From Candidatus Levyibacteriota bacterium (GTDB lineage Bacteria > Patescibacteriota > Microgenomatia > Levybacterales > UBA12049), in NCBI GenBank assembly GCA_016186625.1, contig JACPLG010000008.1:80689-144688 (forward strand): 64,000 bases of DNA, written 5' to 3'. Below, one piece after another: positions 9,559-18,150 of the stretch (position 1 is the first letter of the stretch; each line of letters starts with the position of its first letter). The position numbers were made by a program, and so were the translations under genes. The notes beneath the pieces were generated by a model. It ran no database searches. It saw only the letters and a list, made by a program, of their open reading frames with translations, and had not been told where the DNA came from.

Positions 9559-9996
9559 TTATTCCGGAAATAAGAATTCTAGAATTCTAGACTGGTCTTC
9601 TATTAAAGCCCTTGGCTCTGGAAACGCTAGTGTTGAAGTATTTAAAACATCTGGAGATGAAAAATCTGCATGACATGTTAGTATTGTTCCGTCAGGCAAA
9701 ATTACCCAATCCATACTTAATACGTCTCTCACGCGGCTTAAGCGTAAGATAGGCGTTTTTGATGTTACATCTGGGATTTCTCCATGTCCATCCTGAATTG
9801 GCTTGGACCCTTTCATGATGTGTGTTTTAAAACGGTCAGGATCAACGATTTGTATTCGCCTAATTATTGTGCCTAGATGCCAAGCAATCTGAGCAGCATG
9901 GTGAATATAAAATCCCTCTAGTCTTGTTCTGGAAGAATCGCGTCCGTCTAATTTAGGACGAGAATCTGGTGTCAGACCTGGTATTTCTCCTGCCAT
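9559..9996 (-). CDS. Hypothetical protein
   Basis: 145 aa ORF with upstream TTGACA-17-TAGACT promoter. Confidence 0.6.
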   Translation of the reverse strand: MAGEIPGLTPDSRPKLDGRDSSRTRLEGFYIHHAAQIAWHLGTIIRRIQIVDPDRFKTHIMKGSKPIQDGHGEIPDVTSKTPILRLSRVRDVLSMDWVILPDGTILTCHADFSSPDVLNTSTLAFPEPRALIEDQSRILEFLFPE

Positions 9997-10043
9997 TGCA
10001 GAAAAAGTCTAACAAAAACAGGAATTCCTGTCAATTTCAGTCG

Positions 10044-10388
10044 CTACTTAACTGAGGAAACTATTTGTTTGAAAGTATCCGGATCGTTCTGGACAAGATC
10101 GTTTAAGATTTTTCTGTCCAATTCCACATTTGCCTTTTTAAGTTTATTAATCAAAACACTGTATGAAATCCCCTCTTTTTTTGCAGCCTGCGAAATTCTA
10201 ATGATCCAAAGTGCTCTATTTTCTCTTTTTCTTAGTTTTCTTCCATGATATGCGTACTTCCCAGCATGAAGAGCAGCCTCTCTGGCGTCTCTAACAAGCC
10301 TTGTTTTTGTACCGGTAAAGCCTTTAGTTTGGGCAAATAATTTTTTATGTTTTCTTCGGGACACAGTCCCTCGTTTAACTCTAGACAT
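10044..10388 (-). CDS. rplT: 50S ribosomal protein L20
   Basis: MSRVKRG, RALWIIRISQAA, LDRKIL. Confidence 0.98.
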   Translation of the reverse strand: MSRVKRGTVSRRKHKKLFAQTKGFTGTKTRLVRDAREAALHAGKYAYHGRKLRKRENRALWIIRISQAAKKEGISYSVLINKLKKANVELDRKILNDLVQNDPDTFKQIVSSVK

Positions 10389-10467
10389 ATGTCAACTCCT
10401 AACTGCTGACTACTAACTTCTAACCTTTGACGTTTAGTTGTTAGTCGTTAGAAGTTATTAGTTGCAG

Positions 10468-10671
10468 CTATGCTGCATTAAGTTGTTTCTTTATTTTCTT
10501 ACCAAATACTGGATTTAAAACTCCCGGTTCTTTGCCGCGCCTTAGGTGGCTTTTAGTTTTATTTTTCTTAAGATGTCCAACATTTTGGTGAGAAAACATC
10601 ACTTTTCCGGTTTTTGTGACCTTAAAGCGTCTGCTTACCGACTTCTTGATTTTTTTCTTGTTCTTCTTCAT
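10468..10671 (-). CDS. rpmI: 50S ribosomal protein L35
   Basis: KSVSRRFKVTKTGKV; lies between infC and rplT. Confidence 0.93.
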   Translation of the reverse strand: MKKNKKKIKKSVSRRFKVTKTGKVMFSHQNVGHLKKNKTKSHLRRGKEPGVLNPVFGKKIKKQLNAA

Positions 10672-11218
10672 GTTTTTTCTTTTTATCCGGAGAAAGCATT
10701 GAAATTAGCTGCCTTCCCTCAAAATGTGCCTCCTTATCTACTTTTGATATGTCGGAAAGACGTGAAATCGCTTTTCCTATCACTTGATGTCCAAATTCCG
10801 GATGTCCCATTTGACGTCCTTTGAATCTGACAACAAGTTTTACCTTATCATTTCCTTCAAGAAATTCCCTAGCGCGCCTTATCATTGTCTCCAAATCATG
10901 ATCGTCCATGAACGGGCCTAGGCGAATTTCTTTTGTTTCAGAATTTTTTGATTTCTTTTTTTCTTCCCGTCTCTTTTTTTCTTCCTGATAAAGAAATTTC
11001 TTAAAGTCAATAACGCGAGCTACCGGAGGCTTGGCAAAAGGGGCAATTTCTACCAAATCCATTTCCTTTTCCCGGGCAATTTCAAGCGCTTCCCTCTTAT
11101 TAAGTATTCCAATTTGCTTTCCTTTCAGGTCCAAAACCCGAAGCTCGTTTGCAAATATTCGCTCATTGGTTCTATAGAACTTACTGCGCGTTTTATTTTT
11201 GTTATACCTTTTTCTCAA
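10622..11218 (-). CDS. infC: Translation initiation factor IF-3
   Basis: DLVEIAPFAKPPVARVIDF, KEIRL, FKGRQ; non-ATG start. Confidence 0.96.
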   Translation of the reverse strand: MRKRYNKNKTRSKFYRTNERIFANELRVLDLKGKQIGILNKREALEIAREKEMDLVEIAPFAKPPVARVIDFKKFLYQEEKKRREEKKKSKNSETKEIRLGPFMDDHDLETMIRRAREFLEGNDKVKLVVRFKGRQMGHPEFGHQVIGKAISRLSDISKVDKEAHFEGRQLISMLSPDKKKKHEEEQEKNQEVGKQTL

Positions 11219-12401
11219 TTTCCTCTTTAACCCTTATTAAAAAATTGGAAAGATTAAGTTTTCCTAAATCTTTCCCATCCCTAGTTCTAAGCGAAATTTC
11301 GTTTTTCTCAATTTCCTTGTCCCCAATTATAACTAAATATGGAATTTTTTGCAAAGTCGCTTCCCTAATTTTTGCCTGAAGGGTATCGGATTTGCCAAAA
11401 ACTTCGGTTCGTATTCCGGCATTTCTTAGTTTGTCAGCGATTTTTTTTGCATAGCCTGTATGTTTATCTGTGATCGGAAGAATGGCCACCTGGACAGGAG
11501 AGAGCCAGAGAGGAAATGCTCCCTGATAATGTTCGGTCAAAATTCCAATAAATCGTTCAAGTGAGCCTGTAACAGCACGGTGTACAATTACTGGCCTTTT
11601 TGGTTTTCCATCCTTGTCAATGTATTCAAGCTTCAGCTTCTGCGGAATTTGAAAATCCAGCTGGATTGTTGCCAACTGCCAGTCTCTTCCTTGCGAATCT
11701 TTAATCTGAATATCAATTTTTGGTCCGTAAAAAGCTCCGTCTTTTTCTTTGACGCCGTATTTAACTTTTGCACTCTTAAGAGCTTTTTCAAGATCTTTTT
11801 CTGCTTCTTCCCATAATTTTTCCTCCCCCATTGCATTATCCGGCTTAGTCGATAGGAAAAATTCTGAGGCGAATCCAAAAATTTTATAAAAATTTTCAAT
11901 AAAAACCAACAACTTCTCAATTTCGTCCTGGATTTGATCAGGTCTTATGAAGTGATGCGCATCATCGATTGTGAATTGTCGTACTCTGAAAAGTCCGCCA
12001 AGTACCCCAGACAATTCGTTTCTATGTAATACTCCAAAATCCGCAATTCTAAGCGGTAGATCAACATAGCTTCTTACTCTGGATTGATAAATAAGGCATG
12101 CCTCCGGACAATTCATTGGTTTTAGCGAATAGAACTCTTTGTCAACCTCAAGTTTAAACATATTCTTATTGTAAAAATCCCAGTGACCAGAACGCTTGAA
12201 GAGATCGTTTTTAACCATTACGGGGGTAAAAACTTCCAAATACCCTTCGTTTAAGAGGTTATTTCTAAGATATTCCTGAAGAATCCTGTAAATTATATAT
12301 CCTTTATGGTGCCAAAAAACTGCGCCGGGTGCCTCTTCATGGAAAGAAAAAAGGTCAAGTTCCGCTCCGATTTGTCTGTGATCCTTAAGCTGATTAGTCA
12401 T
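11202..12401 (-). CDS. thrS: Threonyl-tRNA synthetase (no TGS/editing domain)
   Basis: DHRQIG, LKPMNCP, GAFYGPKID, GSLERFIGIL, PLWLSPVQ. Confidence 0.97.
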   Translation of the reverse strand: MTNQLKDHRQIGAELDLFSFHEEAPGAVFWHHKGYIIYRILQEYLRNNLLNEGYLEVFTPVMVKNDLFKRSGHWDFYNKNMFKLEVDKEFYSLKPMNCPEACLIYQSRVRSYVDLPLRIADFGVLHRNELSGVLGGLFRVRQFTIDDAHHFIRPDQIQDEIEKLLVFIENFYKIFGFASEFFLSTKPDNAMGEEKLWEEAEKDLEKALKSAKVKYGVKEKDGAFYGPKIDIQIKDSQGRDWQLATIQLDFQIPQKLKLEYIDKDGKPKRPVIVHRAVTGSLERFIGILTEHYQGAFPLWLSPVQVAILPITDKHTGYAKKIADKLRNAGIRTEVFGKSDTLQAKIREATLQKIPYLVIIGDKEIEKNEISLRTRDGKDLGKLNLSNFLIRVKEEIEKKV

Positions 12402-12445
12402 TGAGTAGGTATTTTATCAATCTAGCTTTGTTTTAGCAATTATGT

Positions 12446-12670
12446 TCATCTTCCGGGAATTTGTAATCTGTTGGAAAGAATATAATTAATGACCCGAGAT
12501 ACAAAATCTCCAACAATCGGAACAAAGTCAATATTTGAGGCAATAAAGCCAAGAATAGCAATAAAAACAGACAAACCGACTGTTACTCCCAATCCCCAGG
12601 CCACTCCTCCAAGAAAATTGTTTGTGAATATTTGTCTTTTATTTTTGTGGATATTTAAGTGTTTTTCCAT
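12446..12670 (-). CDS. Small membrane protein (DUF5665-like)
   Basis: NFLGGVAWGLGVTVG...VPIVGDF. Confidence 0.7.
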   Translation of the reverse strand: MEKHLNIHKNKRQIFTNNFLGGVAWGLGVTVGLSVFIAILGFIASNIDFVPIVGDFVSRVINYILSNRLQIPGR

Positions 12671-12707
12671 AGACTGAGTTTAGTTTAGGCAGAAATCCAA
12701 AGAAAAG

Positions 12708-13277
12708 TCAAAGATTTAAGTCTGGTGCAATTTTTTGCATGGCAGAAAGAGCAATTTGGATAAACTGCGGAAGCGCAATGTTTAGTTTTTGCTCACAAAG
12801 TGCTATCTGTTCCCGGTCTGCTCCTTGGGCAAATCCTTTTTCATTATACCTTTTCATTACAAAGTCAGGCGTAAGTGAAGCAAGTTTTTTGTCAGGATGG
12901 ACGAGCGCTGCGGCAATAATAAGACCTGACAGCTCATCACAGCAGTACATGGCCCAATCCATTTGTGATTTTGGTTCTACACCTGTTTTTTGGAAGTTAT
13001 GGGCTTTTATAGCATACATTACATCACTATCCAAAAGGTTCCCAATTCTTTGCTCAAGAACAAGTGTGTGCTGTGTTGGATTATCCCTTGTCAGCTCATA
13101 ATCTGCGTCGTGTAAAAGCCCCACAGTCCCCCATTTATTAAGAGTCAGAGAATCGGCTTTTGGATTAAGCCTCTTGCAAAGTGAGAGCATTATTACTTCA
13201 CACGCAAGATGATGTTTTATAAGATTGGGATTTGAAATAAGTCCAGTTAAAGTTTGAAGCGCGTCTTGTCTGGTCAT
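12708..13277 (-). CDS. HD-domain (HDIG) phosphohydrolase
   Basis: LIKHHL, GLLHDADYE, DELSGLI. Confidence 0.9.
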   Translation of the reverse strand: MTRQDALQTLTGLISNPNLIKHHLACEVIMLSLCKRLNPKADSLTLNKWGTVGLLHDADYELTRDNPTQHTLVLEQRIGNLLDSDVMYAIKAHNFQKTGVEPKSQMDWAMYCCDELSGLIIAAALVHPDKKLASLTPDFVMKRYNEKGFAQGADREQIALCEQKLNIALPQFIQIALSAMQKIAPDLNL

Positions 13278-13317
13278 GCTTTAAGTTTAGCAGATTTTTA
13301 TCAGGCAATTCATTCGG

Positions 13318-13358
13318 TTTACACCCCGGGTGTGGATTTAAGTTTACACCCTAGGATT
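13318..13358 (+). repeat. REP family 2 copy
   Basis: tttacaccccgggtgtggatttaagtttacaccctaggat. Confidence 0.85.
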
Positions 13359-13362
13359 TGTG

Positions 13363-13434
13363 TGGACCCGAGAGGTATCGAACCTCTGGCCTCTTCGATG
13401 TCAACGAAGCGCTCTACCACTGAGCTACGAGTCC
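13363..13434 (-). tRNA. tRNA-Val(GAC)
   Basis: Full cloverleaf; anticodon arm CTTCG-TTGACAT-CGAAG. Confidence 0.95.
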
Positions 13435-13451
13435 ATTCAAAGTCGGGCAGG

Positions 13452-13489
13452 TGTCAATGCAACGCTCTAACCAACTGAGCTACAACTCT
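13452..13489 (-). pseudogene. 5' half of a different tRNA-Val(GAC)
   Basis: AGAGTTGTAGCTCAGTTGGTTAGAGCGTTGCATTGACA ends after the anticodon and is followed by CCTGCCCG. Confidence 0.8.
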
Positions 13490-13491
13490 AT

Positions 13492-13523
13492 AAAATAAAC
13501 GAGCCCGAAGGCCCGTTTATTTT
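13492..13523 (-). terminator. Rho-independent terminator (UUCG loop)
   Basis: AAAATAAACGGGCC-TTCG-GGCTCGTTTATTTT after ORF 13544. Confidence 0.75.
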
Positions 13524-13543
13524 AACAAAATAAGTTCATTGGA

Positions 13544-13840
13544 TCAAATACAGTTAGTTCGAGGTCTTGGCATGACTTTGGCCATATTCGGTGCCTCTTC
13601 CGGAGGCGGAACATGCATTATTCCTCCATCCACTGCAAATGCGTGACCAACACGCATTGTTATACTCTCTCCGTCAGGAGTTCTTCCTGTGATAAATTCT
13701 TGTGGTGTACCACCATCTATTAATAAACCCGCTCTTCTATGTTCTGTCCATGGGTTTGCTTGTGTTACGCCTGTCATTTTATCCGCTGCATCAGCCGCTG
13801 CCCTTGATTCTCCTGTTTCAAATCCTGTCTCCGTTACCAT
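13544..13840 (-). CDS. Hypothetical protein
   Basis: 98 aa, GGGGTGA SD, downstream of 13858 ORF. Confidence 0.6.
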   Translation of the reverse strand: MVTETGFETGESRAAADAADKMTGVTQANPWTEHRRAGLLIDGGTPQEFITGRTPDGESITMRVGHAFAVDGGIMHVPPPEEAPNMAKVMPRPRTNCI

Positions 13841-13857
13841 AATTAATCACCCCCTAC

Positions 13858-14463
13858 CTAAAATTTCCCCTTTCCTTTCATTCGCAATTTTCCATTAGTG
13901 GATTCTCTTATTCCGTATCCAACTCCAGCTAATTTAGCTAATTCTTGCCCGATCTCATCATTTCTGCGGAAGGCGTTGACTACCAATACAGTTACTTTTT
14001 TTCTGGGATCTCTTACATCCGGTAATTCGTCTCTTGCGAAGAATGATGTCATGTCACTACCCACTCCAGTTCCTCTAATTTGCGCCCGGTACATTGTTGC
14101 TAACTCTGGTGTGTCTGGAATTGTTGTTAACCCCTGCCTATGTCCTTCGTTATTTGCCAGCCTTTCACCGTCTCTTTTTACCGCTTCCATTAATTCTGGA
14201 ATTTGGTTTGGAGGAAGTCTCCTGGGGTTGATAGAGAAAGTTAAGCTTGCACGTAACGCATCGGCTATAAACCAGCTACCGCCGTTTCCAGATATTGGTT
14301 CTACGCTTATTTTATCTACCTTTGTAGGGTCTATGTATGGATGTCTAGGAGAGTCTGCAATCATTCGCGCAATCACAGCCGCATCATGGCGGGTAAACTC
14401 ACCGGCTCTAAAAAGATCAGGTCTTTGACCTGTTTGTCTTGGTTCAAAATCTTGTCTTCCCAT
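13858..14463 (-). CDS. Hypothetical protein downstream of the Leu/Ile/Val attenuator
   Basis: ATG 13 nt after the attenuator U-tract; no family recognised. Confidence 0.7.
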   Translation of the reverse strand: MGRQDFEPRQTGQRPDLFRAGEFTRHDAAVIARMIADSPRHPYIDPTKVDKISVEPISGNGGSWFIADALRASLTFSINPRRLPPNQIPELMEAVKRDGERLANNEGHRQGLTTIPDTPELATMYRAQIRGTGVGSDMTSFFARDELPDVRDPRKKVTVLVVNAFRRNDEIGQELAKLAGVGYGIRESTNGKLRMKGKGKF

Positions 14464-14476
14464 ATTCTTAAGCAAC

Positions 14477-14594
14477 AAAAAAACCTCCCGTTGGGGAGGT
14501 TTCTAAGTTAGTCTAACCTTAATTATGCGTCAGACTTACCTCCCCGTAAGGAGTTGATAAGGACGAGAATAAGGTTTTTAATCTTTTCTACCAT
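14477..14594 (-). promoter_or_regulatory. Putative branched-chain amino acid attenuator: leader MVEKIKNLILVLINSLRGGKSDA (14523-14594) plus terminator (14477-14502)
   Basis: TTGACT-17-TAGTAT-6nt-ATG; LILVLI run; GGGGAGGT pairs with the ACCTCCCC terminator arm; U7 tract. Confidence 0.8.
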
Positions 14595-14760
14595 AGACAA
14601 ATACTAACAACTGGAAATACTCAAGTCAAGAGGGGAAAAGAAGCGGAGCCCTTAAATAGCTAGAATAGTTGAATGGGTAAAATGGCTATATCATTAAGAG
14701 ACAGAATTATTATAATCGATAAACCATGTAGCCATGAAACAATTTAACAATTTACTGGCT

Positions 14761-15405
14761 TTAGCCTGTTTGGGTTACAACGGCGCGCTCGCCTGATAGC
14801 ATAAATGAGGCACCGTGTTTTTTAGCCAGTACTCCGTATTGACGTGCCGCTTTTTTGCTCCTAAGGGCTTTAAACCAGGCAAGAGAGTCCTCAACGTTTA
14901 GTCTGGCATCTCTTATCCATTCAAGTATCATTTCAACAAAGTTAAGCTGGTATTTGCCCGGAGCCTCAGCCATTTGCTCAAGCGCTATGACTTCAACTTT
15001 CTCTTTAAGCTCCGTTGAGCTGTTTGCAAGCTGTTTTATTTCAATAAGAATCTCCTGGATTTTTACCTGAATTTCGCGACTTTCCTCCCCTGTTTTTCTT
15101 TTTCCTACCTCAACAATTTCTCTATGGTATTGACTTCCCGGTTCTGTCCTTACTTTTGCTTCCTGAATTTTTAAAGCTTCAAAATCAACTTCTTCTCCTG
15201 CTTCCATTTCTCCGCCGGATTCTGTATTACGGACGCCAGATTTTCCCAAGAATTGATCCCACGCGTCATAAACAGAATCCTTCCCTACGTCACGTACTAT
15301 GGATTTTGCAACTCCCTTACCCACTCCAATTAGGGCTTCAAACGGGTTTTCAGAAATATATTGTTTTGGCTCTCTTTTGCCGCTTTTTAATTTTGTATTT
15401 TGCAT
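14761..15405 (-). CDS. Conserved CPR protein (DUF5660-like)
   Basis: PGKYQLNF..EDSLAWF..KKHGASFMLSGER. Confidence 0.7.
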   Translation of the reverse strand: MQNTKLKSGKREPKQYISENPFEALIGVGKGVAKSIVRDVGKDSVYDAWDQFLGKSGVRNTESGGEMEAGEEVDFEALKIQEAKVRTEPGSQYHREIVEVGKRKTGEESREIQVKIQEILIEIKQLANSSTELKEKVEVIALEQMAEAPGKYQLNFVEMILEWIRDARLNVEDSLAWFKALRSKKAARQYGVLAKKHGASFMLSGERAVVTQTG

Positions 15406-15423
15406 ATTGCGACCACTAATTTA

Positions 15424-16251
15424 TCATAGGTTTCTTAGGAAATCAAGCGTTTTTTGCTGTCTTAAAATAGAAGCGAGAAGATATCTGTTGGCTCGCAGGC
15501 TTTCGCGTTCTTCTGGTTTTGCGTTTTCTATGGTTTTCTCAATCTCCGCTTCCTCCACGGTAATTTTTTCCTCCTGCGCAACTTTCTGAAGAGCAAACTC
15601 AAGTTTTAAGTCTGCCTCGGCTTTTCCTGCGTACTCGGCTCTTAAAGCCTCTGCAGTTTTTCCGGTTGAGGAGAGATATTGATCAAGACTCATTCCGAGT
15701 CTCTTGATCTCATCAAGCGTTTGGCTAAGCAGCCTGTCAACTTCCCTATCAATAAGGACTTTTGGGATTGTGATTTCTGCATTTGCGAGCAAAGCTTTGA
15801 TTATCTCATCAAGTTTTGGTTTTTCCTCCTGTTTTCCAGGCACAATAATTTTACTCTTTGCCGTAACTTTTTTAACTTCTTCTTTATACCCATCTAGCCT
15901 GACTTCGGGCGCTTCAGAAGTTATTGCGTGAAACTGCCAGTCTTTCCCTTCCAAAAGCTCTCCCTCAACATGGATCCTCGGATCCATAATGGGTTTTAGA
16001 TTGTACTCTTTAATTGCCTCTGTATAGGCTCCCGGAAGAATTTGTCTTAAAACCTCATCTTTTACTCTGGCGTTATCCAACTTTTCCTCAACCAGTTTTT
16101 TTGGCGCTTTTCCTTTGCGAAACCCAGGCAGATTGGCATTTTTAACCATTTCCGCAAGAACAATATCCCGTTCTTTTTTGACAATTGCCCAGGGAATGGT
16201 AATTTTTAGCTCAATTGTCCCGTCTGCTGTTCTCTCAATAGTTGTTTTCAT
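15424..16251 (-). CDS. tig: Trigger factor lacking the PPIase domain
   Basis: PGFRKGKAP ribosome-binding motif; 275 aa. Confidence 0.92.
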   Translation of the reverse strand: MKTTIERTADGTIELKITIPWAIVKKERDIVLAEMVKNANLPGFRKGKAPKKLVEEKLDNARVKDEVLRQILPGAYTEAIKEYNLKPIMDPRIHVEGELLEGKDWQFHAITSEAPEVRLDGYKEEVKKVTAKSKIIVPGKQEEKPKLDEIIKALLANAEITIPKVLIDREVDRLLSQTLDEIKRLGMSLDQYLSSTGKTAEALRAEYAGKAEADLKLEFALQKVAQEEKITVEEAEIEKTIENAKPEERESLRANRYLLASILRQQKTLDFLRNL

Positions 16252-16365
16252 AGTTTTTTAGTGTTTACACTGAGTGAACGAAGTGCGGACGAGAAGATTC
16301 TCCGCAAATGCACTCGCTTCCGCTTCACAAGCGATCTCCTTCCAGTCCGCTCCCCACGCCTTAAG

Positions 16366-16447
16366 TAGGCCGGAGAGGACTTGAACCTCCAAGGGTTTCC
16401 CCATATGGTCCTAAACCATACGCGTCTGCCAATTTCGCCACCGGCCC
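16366..16447 (-). tRNA. tRNA-Leu(TAG)
   Basis: Cloverleaf with long variable arm; TATGG-TTTAGGA-CCATA. Confidence 0.95.
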
Positions 16448-16488
16448 GCAAATGGTATTATACCTTACCCTCCAAAGGCGGGCAAGTT

Positions 16489-17049
16489 TTATAAGGCTAG
16501 GGCTAGGGTAGACTTTCCGTTTCTGAGTCTATATGCTTCAATTCTATTCATAAAAAAAGTAACCCTCTGTGCCCATGTAGGTGATGCAGCATATCTATGA
16601 CCAATCAAATATGGGTTGGAATCTGGATTTTCTCCAAGATAGTTTTGTCTAAGTCCTTTTGAAATTGTTTCAATTCCCTCACTCCATGAGGCAAATCTTA
16701 TAACATTATTTCCATATACTCCCCAACCCCATCCGTTGTAAGAGTTGTAAGGGATATTTTTTCCAAAAGTTGATTCAAGTCCGGCAATTGAGGCAACAAG
16801 TCTCCAGTCAAGGCTGTATTTATCTGCGCTTTCCACAAAATCAGCGGCATAAGGTGCAAGAGGAGAGCCATAGCTTTCTAAAAAGCCCTCAAGAATTTCC
16901 GTCCTATTATCAACAGGTTTTTGAGTTATTGTGGGATTTAGGGTAGCAGAAGAGCCTGATGCCTGTTCAAAAGCATAGGAATCCCCAGATACTTTGGAAA
17001 GCATTAAAATAACTAAAACAAAAGAGACTATTGCTTGGAATTTCTTCAT
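16489..17049 (-). CDS. Secreted lysozyme-like/glucosaminidase-domain protein
   Basis: Signal peptide; LDWRLVASIAGLESTFGK, YNGWGWG. Confidence 0.75.
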   Translation of the reverse strand: MKKFQAIVSFVLVILMLSKVSGDSYAFEQASGSSATLNPTITQKPVDNRTEILEGFLESYGSPLAPYAADFVESADKYSLDWRLVASIAGLESTFGKNIPYNSYNGWGWGVYGNNVIRFASWSEGIETISKGLRQNYLGENPDSNPYLIGHRYAASPTWAQRVTFFMNRIEAYRLRNGKSTLALAL

Positions 17050-17180
17050 AGACGAATAATTAAAATCCCCCGCCAAGCGTTATACTTTGCGGGGAATTAA
17101 AAAATCCTAACGTATGCATTTGGAAAAGCACACCTTAGGATCTAGTTGCGCATTATACTACTAACTATAGGATTTGTCAA
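17050..17180 (-). promoter_or_regulatory. Consensus sigma70 promoter and two-hairpin 5' UTR
   Basis: TTGACA-17-TATAAT; hairpins ATCCTAA..TTAGGAT plus U-tract and TCCCCGC..GCGGGGGA. Confidence 0.6.
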
Positions 17181-17247
17181 GTACTTACTAGAGGATAAAA
17201 TTGCTAATTTTGAGGCTAGAGACCGTAAGTTTGCCCCATGCGTGAGG

Positions 17248-17817
17248 TTACTTCAGCTCTTCCATGATGTGGGTTACGTTTTCAGCCCAATTATTTGTGT
17301 TTCTGGGGTTATATAGGGTGACAATTTCAAATGGCGTGACTAACCCCTTATCTCTATATTTTGTTGACAATGTTTTTGTAATTGTTTCTATCGCCTCAGG
17401 ATAATTATTAAATTTGATAACTTTTCCTCCATAAATTCCCCATCCCCAGCAGTTGTGAGAATTGGCAATTTCTTTTTTACAAAGAGTTGATTCTTGCATG
17501 GCTATTGCGGGAAGCAGCCTAAAATCAATATCATATCTTCGGGCTGCCGCAACAATATCGGCCGAGTATGGCTCAAGAGAAGATGAGTACTTGGCGAAAA
17601 ACTGTCTGACAATTTCTACTTTTGAGTCTTCTTCTTCAATTATATTTTGGATTGTAGTATCTGCGGGCGGAAGAGCAGCGTAAGCTATACCTTGTGTACT
17701 TTCCCCAAGCACCTCTCCCTTTTTACTCGAACTTATGTTAAGAAGAAGAGAAAGAGAAAAGATAAGAAGGAGCGGAGTGAGCGTAAAAAAACCTACAAGG
17801 GCAGCAATTTTCCTCAT
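17248..17817 (-). CDS. Lysozyme-like/glucosaminidase-domain protein, paralog of the 16489 gene
   Basis: IDFRLLPAIAMQESTLCK, HNCWGWG. Confidence 0.75.
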   Translation of the reverse strand: MRKIAALVGFFTLTPLLLIFSLSLLLNISSSKKGEVLGESTQGIAYAALPPADTTIQNIIEEEDSKVEIVRQFFAKYSSSLEPYSADIVAAARRYDIDFRLLPAIAMQESTLCKKEIANSHNCWGWGIYGGKVIKFNNYPEAIETITKTLSTKYRDKGLVTPFEIVTLYNPRNTNNWAENVTHIMEELK

Positions 17818-17941
17818 GTAAATTATTCTGTCATTTCCCAGGTTTTGTGTCAACTGATCTCTACTATTTCAAACTACTAGACAATTGAGTAATTGAGGCT
17901 ATTCTGTTACAATGTCATTTGATCTTTTTAATTCCAAATAG

Positions 17942-18067
17942 TGCTCGCCTAGAGCGCTGGCATAGTTACCACCGCTCTAGAGCAACCTTATAGGAAGGAT
18001 CGTCGGGAAGCGGACCGAAGGGAGCTCGCCTGCTTGACAGGGGCGGGAACTGTAGGTTCTGTCCCGA
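17942..18067 (+). ncRNA. Pre-tRNA leader motif, divergent copy A
   Basis: Hairpin + CCTTATAGG + AAGGATCGTCGGGAA...GGTTCTGTCCCGA upstream of tRNA-Gly. Confidence 0.5.
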
Positions 18068-18076
18068 GACTCACTC

Positions 18077-18148
18077 GCGGATGTAGTTCAGCGGTAGAAT
18101 GTCTCGTTGCCAACGAGAAGGTCGCCGGTTCGATCCCGGTCATCCGCT
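18077..18148 (+). tRNA. tRNA-Gly(GCC)
   Basis: TCTCG-TTGCCAA-CGAGA. Confidence 0.96.
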
Positions 18149-18150
18149 CA

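Noticed and set aside
12402-12445. T-box or attenuator upstream of thrS
   Set aside because: The gap is only 44 nt and has no T-box motif or Thr-rich leader.
13898-14428. 176-aa plus-strand ORF and similar antisense ORFs over well-supported genes
   Set aside because: Shadow frames with no motifs; the opposite strand has the regulatory or family support.
16248-16451. Short ORFs overlapping tRNAs (also 13254, 17988, 19317, 20722, 32565, 34728, 63755)
   Set aside because: They are translations of tRNA and repeat sequence.
18034-18150. Extended N-terminus of the DoxX ORF
   Set aside because: Overlaps tRNA-Gly and its leader motif; the likely start is 18151.
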